Of a stretch of 64,000 nucleotides of DNA, positions 54,401 through 64,000 are shown in pieces. The position numbers and the translations under genes were made by a program. The notes beneath the pieces were generated by a model. The model was not told the DNA's origin, did no database searches, and worked only from the letters and a program-made list of their open reading frames with translations. Source of the stretch: Eledone cirrhosa (taxonomy: Eukaryota); NCBI GenBank assembly GCA_964016885.1, contig OZ024740.1, positions 15,624,001 through 15,688,000 of the forward strand, in the 5' to 3' direction. Numbering within the stretch: position 1 is the stretch's first letter; each line of letters starts with the position of its first letter.

Positions 54401-57400
54401 TGTGAGTGTGTGTGAGTGTATGTGTGTGTGAGTGAATGTTGGAGCCTATGTGTGTGTGAGTGTGAGTGTGTGTGAGTGCATGTGTGTGTGAGTGTATGTG
54501 AATGTGAGTGGATGTGTGGGTGTATGTGTGTGTGAGTGTATGTGTGTGTGAGTGTATCTGTGTGTGAGTGGATGTGTGAGCGTATATGTGTGTGACTGTA
54601 TGTGTGAGTGTATGTGTATGAGAGTGTATGTGTGTGTGAGTGTATGTGTATGTGAGTGGATGTGTGAGTTTATGTGTGTGTGTGTGTGTTTGAGTGTATG
54701 TGTGTGTGAGTGTATCTGTGTGTGAGTGTATGTGTGTCTGTGTGAGTGTATGTGAGAGCGTATATTTGTGTGATTGTATATGTGTGAGTGTATGTGTGAG
54801 TGTATGTGTGTGTGAGTGTATGTGTGTGTGAGTGTATGGGTGTGTGAGTGTATGTGTGTGTGAGTGTATGTGTGTGAGAGCGTATGTGTGTGTGAGTGTA
54901 TGTGAGAGCGTATATGTGTGTGAGCGTATGTGTGTGTGAGTGTATGTGTGTGTGAGTGTATGTGAGAGCGTATATGTGTGTGAGTGTATGTGTGTGAGTG
55001 TATGTGTGACTGTATGTGTGTGTGAGTGTATGTGTGTGTGAGTGTATGTGTCAGTGTATGTGTGTGTGAGTGTATGTGAGAGCGCATGTGTGTGTGAGTG
55101 TATGTGTGTGTGAGTGTATGTGTGAGTGTATGTGTGTGAGTCTATGTGTGTGTGAGTGTATGTGTGTGTGAGTGTATGTGTGTGAGACTGTATGTGTGTG
55201 TGAGTGTATGTGTGTCTGAGTGTATGTGTGAGCGTATATGTGTGAGTGTATGTGTGTGTGAGTGTATGTGAGAGCGTATATGTGTGTGAGTGTATGTGTG
55301 TGAGTGTATGTGTGACTGTATGTGTGTGTGAGCTTATGTGTGTGTGAGTGTATTTGTCAGTGTATGTGTGTGTGAGTGTATGTGAGAGCGCATGTGTGTG
55401 TGAGTGTATATGTGTGTGAGTGTATGTGTGAGTGCATGTGTGTGTGAGTGTATGTGTGTGTGAGTGTATGTGTGTGTGAGTGTATGTGTGTGTCAGTGTG
55501 TGTGAGTGTATGTGTGAGTATATGTGTGTGAGAGTGTATGTGCGAGTGAATGTGTGTGTGAGTGAATGTGTGTGTTAGTGTATGTGTGTCTGAGTGTATG
55601 TGTCTGTGAGTGTATGTGTGTGAGAGCGTATGTGTGTGTGAGTATATGTGTGTGTGAGTGTATGTGTGAGTGTATGTGTGTGAGAGTGTATCTGTGAGTG
55701 TATGTGTGTGAGAGCGTATGTGTGTGTGAGTGTATGTGTGTGAGTGTATGTGTGAGTGTGTGTGTGAGTGTATGTGTGTAAGAGTGTATGTGTGTGTGAG
55801 TGTATGTGAGAGCGCATATGTGTGTGAGTGTATGTGTGTGAGTGTATGTGCTAGTGTATGTGTCTGTGTGTGTATGTGTGTGTGAGTGTATGTGTGTGTG
55901 AGTGTATCTGAGAGCGTATATGTGTGTGAGTGTATGTGTCAGTGTATGTGTGTGTGAGTGTATGTGAGAGCGCATGTGTGTGTGAGTTTATGTGTGTGTG
56001 AGTGTATGTGTGAGTGTATGTGTGTGAGAGTGTATGTGTGTGAGTGTATGTGTGTGTGAGTGTATGTGTGTGTGAGTGTATGTGTGTGAGAGTGTATGTG
56101 TGTGTGAGTGTATGTGTGTGTGAGTGTATGTGTGAGCGTAAATGTGTGAGTGTATATGTGTGAGTGTATGTGTGAGTGTATGTGTGTGTGAATGTATGTG
56201 TGTGTGAGTGTATGTGTGTGAGTGTGTATGTGAGTGTGAATGTGTGTGTGACTGTATTTATGTGTCAGTGTATGCGTGTATGAGTGTATGTTAGAGCGTA
56301 TGTGTGAGTGTATGTGTGTGTGAGTGTATGTGTGTGTGGGTGTATGTGTGTGTGAGTGTATGTGTGTATGAGTGTATGTGAGAGTGAATTTTTTTATTGA
56401 GTGTATGTGTGTGTGAGTATATGTGTCTGTAAGTGTATGTGAGAGCGTATGTGTGTGTGAGTATATGTGTGTGTGAGTGTATGTGTGTGTGAGTGTATGT
56501 GAGAGCGTATGTGTGTAGGAGTGTATGAGTGCGTGAGTGTATGTGTGAGTGTATGTGTGTGTGAGTGTATGTGTGTGTGAGTGTATGTGAGAGCGCATGT
56601 GTGTGTGAGTGTATGTGTGTGTGAGTGTATGTGTGAGTGTATGTGTGTGGGAGTGTATGTGTGTGTGAGCGTATGTGTGTGTGAGTGTATGTGTGTGTGA
56701 GTGTATGTGTGTGAGAGTGTATGTGAGAGTGTATGTGTGTGTGAGTGTATGTGTGTGTGAGTGTACGTGTGCGTGAGTGTATGTGTGTGTGAGTGTATGT
56801 GTGTGTGAGTGTATGTGAGAGCGTATATGTGTGGGAGTGTATGTGTGTGAGTGTATGTGTTAGTGTATGTGTCTGTGAGTGTATGTATGTGTGAGTGTAT
56901 GTGTGTGTGAGTGTATCTGAGAGCGTATATGTGTGTGCGTGTATGTGTGTGAGTGTATGGGTGTGTGAGTGCATGTGTGTGTGAGTGTATGTGTCAGTGT
57001 ATGTGTGTGTGAGTGTATGTGTGTGTGAGTGTATGTGTCCCAGTGTATTTGTGAGCGTATATGTGTGAGTGTATATGTGTGAGTGTATCTGTGTGTGAGT
57101 GTATGTGTGAGCGTATGTGTGTGAGAGTGTATGTGTGTGTGAGTGTATGTGAGAGCGTATGTGTGTGAGTCTACGTGTGAGTGTATGTGTGTGTGGCTGT
57201 ATGTGTGTGTGAGTGTATGTGAGAGTGAAGGTGTGTGTGAGTGTATGTGTGTGTGAGTGTATGTGAGAGCCTATGTGTGTATGAGTGTATGTGTGCGTGA
57301 GTGTATGTGTGAGTGTATGTGTGTGTGAGTGTATGTGTGTGTGAGTGTATGTGAGAGCGTATGTGTGTGTTAGTGTGAGTGTGTGTGAGTGTATGTGTGT

Positions 57401-60400
57401 GTGAGTGAATGTGAGAGCCTATGTGTGTGTGAGTGTGAGTGTATGTGAGTGTATGTGTGTGTGAGTGTATGTGTATGTGAGTGGATGTGTGGCTGTATGT
57501 GTGTGTGAGTGTATGTGTGTGTGAGTGTATCTGTGTGTGAGTGTATGTGAGAGCGTATATGTGTGTGACTGTATGTTTGAGTGTATGTGTGTGAGAGTGT
57601 ATGTGTGTGTGTGTGTGAGTATATGTGTGTGTGAGTGTATCTGTGTGTGAGTGTATGTGAGAGCGTATATGTGTGTGAGTGTATGTGTGTGTGAGTGTAT
57701 GTGTGTGTGAGTGTATGTGTCAGTGTATGTGTGTGTGAGTGTATGTGAGAGCGCATGTGTGTGTGAGTGTATGTGTGTGTGAGTGTATGTGTTATTGTAT
57801 GTGTGTGTGAGTGTATGTGTGTGTGAGTGTATGTGTGTGTGAGTGTATGTGTGTGTGAGTGTATGTGTGTGTGAGTGTATGTGTGTGTGAGTGTATGTGT
57901 GTTGAGTGTATGTGAGAGTGAATGTGTGTGTGAGTGTATGTGTGTGTGAGTGTATGTGTGTCTGAGTGTATGTGAGAGTGTATGTGTGTGTGAGTGTATG
58001 TGTGTGAGTGTATGTGTGAGTGTATGTGTGTCTGTGTGAGTGTATGTGTGAGTGTATGTGTGTCTGTGTGAGTGTATGTGTGAGTGAGTGTATGTGAGAG
58101 CGTATATGTGTGTGAGTGTATATGTGTGAGTGTATGTGTGAGTGTGTGTGTGAGTGTATGTGTGTGAGAGCGTGTGTGTGTGTGAGTGTATGTGTTTGTT
58201 AGTGTATGTGTGAGTGTATGTGTGTGAGAGCGTATGTGTGTGTGTGTGTATGTGAGAGCGTATATGTGTGTGAGTGTATGTGTGTGAGTGTATGTGTGAG
58301 TGTATGTGTGTGTGAGTGTATGTGTGTGTGAGTGTATGTGAGAGCGTATATGTGTGTGAGTGTATGTGTGTGAGTGTATGTGTGAGTGTATGTGTCTGTG
58401 AATGTATGTGTGTGTGAGTGTATGTGTGTGTGAGTGTATGTGAGAGCGTATATGTGTGTGAGTGTATGTGTGTGAGTGTATGTGAGAGCGCATGTGTGTG
58501 TGAGTGAATGTATGTGTGAGTGTATGTGTGAGTGTATGTGTGTGTGAGTGTATGTGTGTGTGAGTGTATGTGTGTGAGAGTGTATGTGTGTGTGAGTGTA
58601 TGTGTGTCTGAGTGTATGTGTGAGCGTATATGTGTGAGTGTATGTGTGTGAGTGTATGTGTGAGTGTATGTGTGTGTGAGTGTATGACTGTATGTGAGAG
58701 TGAATGTGTGTGTGAGTGTATGTGTGTGTGTGAGTGTATGTGTGTGAGTGTATGTGAGAGCGTATGTGTGTGTGTGAGTGTATGTGTGTGTGAGTGTATG
58801 TGTGTGTGAGTGTATGTGTGTGTGAGTATATGTGTGTGTGAGTGTATGTGTGTGAGAGTGTATGTGAGAGTGAATGTGTGTGTGAGTGTATGTGTGTGTG
58901 AGTGTATGTGTGTCTGAGTGTATGTGAGAGCGTATGTGTGTGTGAGTGTATGTGTGAGTGTATGTGTCTGTGAGTGTATGTGTGTGAGAGCGTATGTGTG
59001 TGTAAGTGTATGTGTGTGTGAGTGTATGTGTGAGTGTATGTGTGTGAGAGCGTATGTGTGTGTGAGTGTACGTGAGAGTGTATGTGTGTGTGAGTGTATG
59101 TGTGTGTGAGTGTATGTGTGTGTGAGTGTATGTGAGAGCGTATATGTGTGGGAGTGTATGTTTGTGAGTGTATGTGTTAGTGTATGTGTCTGTGAGTGTA
59201 TGTGTGTGTGAGTGTATGTGTGTGTGAGTCTATCTGAGAGCGTATATGTGTGTGAGTGTATGTGTGTGAGTGTATGTGTGTGAGAGTATGTGTGTGAGAG
59301 TGCATGTGTGTGTGAGTGTATGTGTCAGTGTATGTGTGTGTGAGTGTATGTGTGTCTGAGTGTATGTGTGAGCGTATATGTGTGAGTATATATGTGTGAG
59401 TGTATCTGTGTGTGAGTGTATGTGTGTGAGAGCGTATGTGTGTGTGAGTGTATGTGTGAGCGCATGTGTGTGAGAGTGTATGTGTGTGTGAGTGTATGTG
59501 AGAGCCTATGTGTGTGTGAGTGTATGTGTGTGTGAGTGTATGTGAGAGCGTATGTGTGTATGAGTGTATGTGTGCGTGAGTGTATGTGTGAGTGTATGTG
59601 TGTGTGAGTGTATGTGTGTGAGAGTGTATGTGAGAGCGTATGTGTGTGTTAGTGTGAGTGTGTGTGAGTGTATGTGTGTGTGAGTGTATGTGTATGTGAG
59701 TGGATGTGTGGGTGTATGTGTGTGTGTGTGTGAGTGTATGTGTGTGTGAGTGTATATGTGTGTGAGTGTATGTGAGAGCGTATATGTGTGTGACTGTATG
59801 TGTGAGTGTATGTGTGTGAGAGTGTATGTGTGTGTGAGTGTATGTGTATGTGAGTGGATGTGTGAGTTTATGTGTGTGTGTGTGTGTGAGTGTATGGGTG
59901 TGTGAGTGTATCTGTGTGTGAGTGTATGTGAGAGCGTATATGTGTGTGTGTGTATGTGTGTGAGTGTATGTGTGAGTGTATGTGTGTGTGAGTATATCTG
60001 TGTGTGAGTGTATGTGTGTGTGAGTGTATGTGTCAGTGTATGTGTGTGTGAGTGTATGTGTGTCTGTGTGAGTGTATGTGTGTGTGAGTGTATGTGAGAG
60101 CGTATATGTGTGTGAGTGTATATGTGTGAGTGTATGTGTGAGTGTATGTGTGTGTGAGTGTATGTGTGTGAGAGGGTATGTGTGTGTGAGTGTATGTGTG
60201 TGTGAGTGTATGTGTGACTGTATGTGTGTGAGAGCGTATGTGTGTGTGAGGGTATGTGAGAGCGTATATGTGTGTGAGTGTATGTGTGTGAGTGTATGTT
60301 TGAGTGTATGTGTGTGTGAGTGTATGTGTGTGTGAGTGTATGTGAGAGCGTATATGTGTGTGAGTGTATGTGTGTGAGTGTATGTGTGAGTGTATGTGTG

Positions 60401-63400
60401 TGTGAGTGTATGTGTGTGTGAGTGTATGAGTCAGTGTATGTGTGTGTGAGTGTATGTGAGAGCGCATGTGTGAGTGAGTGTATGTGTGTGTGAGTGTATG
60501 TGTGAGTGTATGTGTGTGTGAGTGTATGTGTGTGTGAGTGTATGTGTGTGTGAGTGTATGTGTGTGTGAGTGTATGTGTGTGTGAGTGTATGTGTGTGAG
60601 TGTATGTGTGAGTGTATGTGTGTGTGAGTGTATGTCTGTGTGAGTGTATGTGTGTGTGAGTGTATGTGTGTGTGTGTGTATGTGTGTGAGAGTGTAAGTT
60701 TATGTGAGAGTGAATGTGTGTGTGGGAGTATTTGTGTGTGAGTGTATGTGTGTCTGAGTGTATGTGAGAGCGTATGTGTGTGTGAGTGTATGTGTGTGAG
60801 TGTATGTGTGAGTGTATGTGTGTGTGAGTGTATGTGAGAGCATATATGTGTGTGATTGTATATGTGTGAGTGTATGTGTGAGTGTATGTGTCTGTGAGTG
60901 TATGTGTGTGAGAGCGTATGAGTGTGTAAGTGTATGTGTGTGTGAGTGTATGTGTGAGTGCATGTGTGTGAGAGCGTATATGTGTGTGAGTGTATGTGAG
61001 AGCGTATATGTGTGTGAGTGTATGTGTGTGAGTGTATGTGTTAGTGTATGTGTCTGTGAGTGTATGTGTGTGTGAGTATATGTGTGTGTGAGTGCATGTC
61101 TGTGTGAGTGTATGTGTCAGTGTATGTGTGTGTGAGTGTATGTGTGTGGGAGTGTATGTGTGTCTGAGTGTATGTGTGAGCGTATATGTGTGAGTGTATG
61201 TGTGTGAGTGTATGTGTGTATGAGAGCATGTGTGTATGAGTGTATGTGTCAGTGTATGTGTGTGTGAGTGTATGTGTGTGTGTGTGTATGTGTGTGTGAA
61301 TGTGTGTGTGAGTGTAGGTCTATGTGTGTGTGAGTGTATGTGAGATTGAATTTGTGTGTGAGTGTGTGTGTGTGTGAGTGTATGTGTGTGTGAGTGTATG
61401 TGAGAGCGTATGTGTGTGTTAGTGTGAGTGTGTGTGAGTGTATGTGTGTGTGAGTGAATGTTGGAGCCTATGTGTGTGTGAGTGTGAGTGTGTGTGAGTG
61501 TATGTGTGTGTGAGTGAATGTTGGAGCCTATGTGTGTGTGAGTGTGAGTGTGTGTGAGTGTATGTGTGTGTGAGTGTATGTGAATGTGAGTGGATGTGTG
61601 GGTGTATGTGTGTGTGAGTGTATGTGTGTGTGAGTGTATCTGTGTGTGAGTGGATGTGTGAGCGTATATGTGTGTGACTGTATGTGTGAGTGTATGTGTG
61701 AGTGTATGTGAGAGCGTATATGTGTGTGAGTGTATGTGTGTGAGTGTATGTGTGACTGTATGTGTGTGTGAGTGTATGTGTGTGTGAGTGTATGTGTCAG
61801 TGTATGTGTGTGTGAGTGTATGTGAGAGCGCATGTGTGTGTGAGTGTATGTGTGTGTGAGTGTATGTGTGAGTGTATGTGTGTGTGAGTGTATGTGTGTG
61901 TGAGTGTATGTGTGTGTGAGTGTATGTGTGTGAGACTGTATGTGTGTGTGAGTGTATGTGTGTCTGAGTGTATGTGTGAGCGTATATGTGTGAGTGTATG
62001 TGTGTGTGAGTGTATGTGAGAGCGTATATGTGTGTGAGTATATGTGTGTGAGTGTATGTGTGACTGTATGTGTGTGTGAGCGTATGTGTGTGTGAGTGAT
62101 TTGTCAGTGTATGTGTGTATGAGTGTATGTGAGAGCGCATGTGTGTGTGAGTGTATATGTGTGTGAGTGTATGTGTGAGTGCATGTGTGTGTGAGTGTAT
62201 GTGTGTGTGAGTATGTGTGTGTGAGTGTATGTGTGTGTCAGTGTGTGTGAGTGTATGTGTGAGTATATGTGTGTGAGAGTGTATGTGCGAGTGAATGTGT
62301 GTGTGAGTGTATGTGTGTGTTAGTGTATGTGTGTCTGAGTGTATGTGAGAGCGTATGTGTGAGTGTATGTGTGTGAGTGTATGTGTGAGTGTATGTGTGT
62401 GTGAGAGTATGTGAGAACGTATATGTGTGTGAGTCTATATGTGTGAGTGTATGTGTGAGTGTATGTGTCTGTGAGTGTATGTGTGTGAGAGCGTATGTGT
62501 GTGTGAGTATATGTGTGTGTGAGTGTATGTGTGAGTGTATGTGTGTGAGAGTGTATGTGTGAGTGTATGTGTGTGAGAGCGTATGTGTGTGTGAGTGTAT
62601 GTGAGAGCGTATATGTGTGTGTGAGTGTATGTGTGTGAGTGTATGTGTGAGTGTGTGTGTGAGTGTATGTGTGTGAGAGTGTATGTATGTGTGAGTGTAT
62701 GTGAGAGCGCATATGTGTGTAAGTGTATGTGTGTGAGTGTATGTGCTAGTGTATGTGTCTGTGTGTGTATGTGTGTGTGAGTGTATGTGTGTGTGAGTGT
62801 ATCTGAGAGCGTATATGTGTGTGAGTGTATGTGTCAGTGTATGTGTGTGTGAGTGTATGTGAGAGCGCATGTGTGTGTGAGTTTATGTGTGTGTGAGTGT
62901 ATGTGTGAGTGTATGTGTGTGAGAGTGTATGTGTGTGTGAGTGTATGTGTGTGTGAGTGTATGTGTGTGTGAGTGTATGTGTGTGAGAGTGTATGTGTGT
63001 GTGAGTGTATATGTGTGTGAGTGTATGTGTGAGCGTAAATGTGTGAGTGTATATGTGTGAGTGTATGTGTGAGTGTATGTGTGTGTGAATGTATGTGTGT
63101 GTGAGTGTATGTGTGTGAGAGTGTATGTGAGTGTGAATGTGTGTGTGACTGTATTTATGTGTCAGTGTATGCGTGTGTGAGTGTATGTTAGAGCGTATGT
63201 GTGAGTGTATGTGTGTGTGAGTGTATGTGTGTGTGGGTGTATGTGTGTGTGAGTGTATGTGTGTATGAGTGTATGTGAGAGTGAAATTTTTTATTGAGTG
63301 TATGTGTGTGTGAGTATATGTGTCTGTAAGTGTGTGAGAGCGTATGTGTGTGTGAGTATATGTGTGTGTGAGTGTATGTGTGTGTGAGTGTATGTGAGAG

Positions 63401-64000
63401 CGTATGTGTGTAGGAGTGTATGAGTGCGTGAGTGTATGTGTGAGTGTATGTGTGTGTGAGTGTATGTGTGTGTGAGTGTATGTGAGAGCGCATGTGTGTG
63501 TGAGTGTATGTGTGTGTGAGTGTATGTGTGAGTGTATGTGTGTGGGAGTGTATGTGTGTGTGAGCGTATGTGTGTGTGAGTGTATGTGTGTGTGAGTGTA
63601 TGTGTGTGAGAGTGTATGTGAGAGTGAATGTGTGTGTGAGTGTATGTGTGTGTGAGTGTGAGTGTGTGTGAATGTATGTGTGTGTGAGTGTATGTGTGTG
63701 TGAGTGTATGTGTGTGTGAGTGTATGTGTTAGTGTATGTGTGTGTGAGTGTATGTGAGAGCGCATGTGTGTGTGAGTGTATGTGTGAGTGTATGTGAGAG
63801 CGTATATGTGTGTGAGTGTACGTGTGTGAGTGTATGTGTGAGTGTATGTGTGTGAGAGCGTATGTGTGTGTGAGTATATGTGTGTGTGAGTGTATGTGTG
63901 TGTGAGTGTATGTGTCAGTGTGTGTGTTAGCGTGAGTGTGTGTGAGTGTATGTGTGTCTGAGGGTATGTGAGAGCGTATGTGTGTGTGAGTGTGTGTGAG
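30447..64000 (+). repeat. Microsatellite-derived satellite array; unit GAGTGTAT(GT)2-4 (mostly 12/14/16 bp) with GAGAGCGTAT-type variants; over 33 kb; continues beyond the window end
   Basis: Continuous single-orientation array. Rare variant words recur at kb-scale and ~21-kb offsets. Confidence 0.99.

Noticed and set aside
31287-63765. Long His/Thr-rich ORFs up to 687 aa and Val/Cys-rich ORFs
   Set aside because: The CA-rich strand lacks stop codons by composition. ORFs overlap in several frames and indels are 2-bp rather than codon-sized.

Overview
Eukaryotic (most likely animal) heterochromatin-type DNA with no credible host gene. Bases 1-27835 are a tandem array of a 47-bp satellite (about 590 monomers) with kb-scale higher-order duplications. 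Bases ~30447-64000 are a second array built from 12-16-bp GAGTGTAT(GT)n units with nested periods up to ~21 kb. Both arrays run off the window edges and both are GT-rich on the + strand. Between them is a ~2.6-kb island holding: a frameshifted 3' fragment of an RLE-type (CRE-like) non-LTR retrotransposon abutting the first array; TA/GA microsatellites; two long inverted repeats; a 5'-truncated RTE-clade LINE with (GAA)13 tail and 12-bp target-site duplication inside a probable SINE; and a probable Helitron-like 5' end just before the second array. Nearly all ORFs in the supplied track are repeat artefacts. I found no new protein-coding system. The most interesting signals are the transposon-satellite junctions, a core motif shared by the two arrays, and the repeat hierarchies. 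Family assignments come from manual translation and remembered motifs, not database searches.
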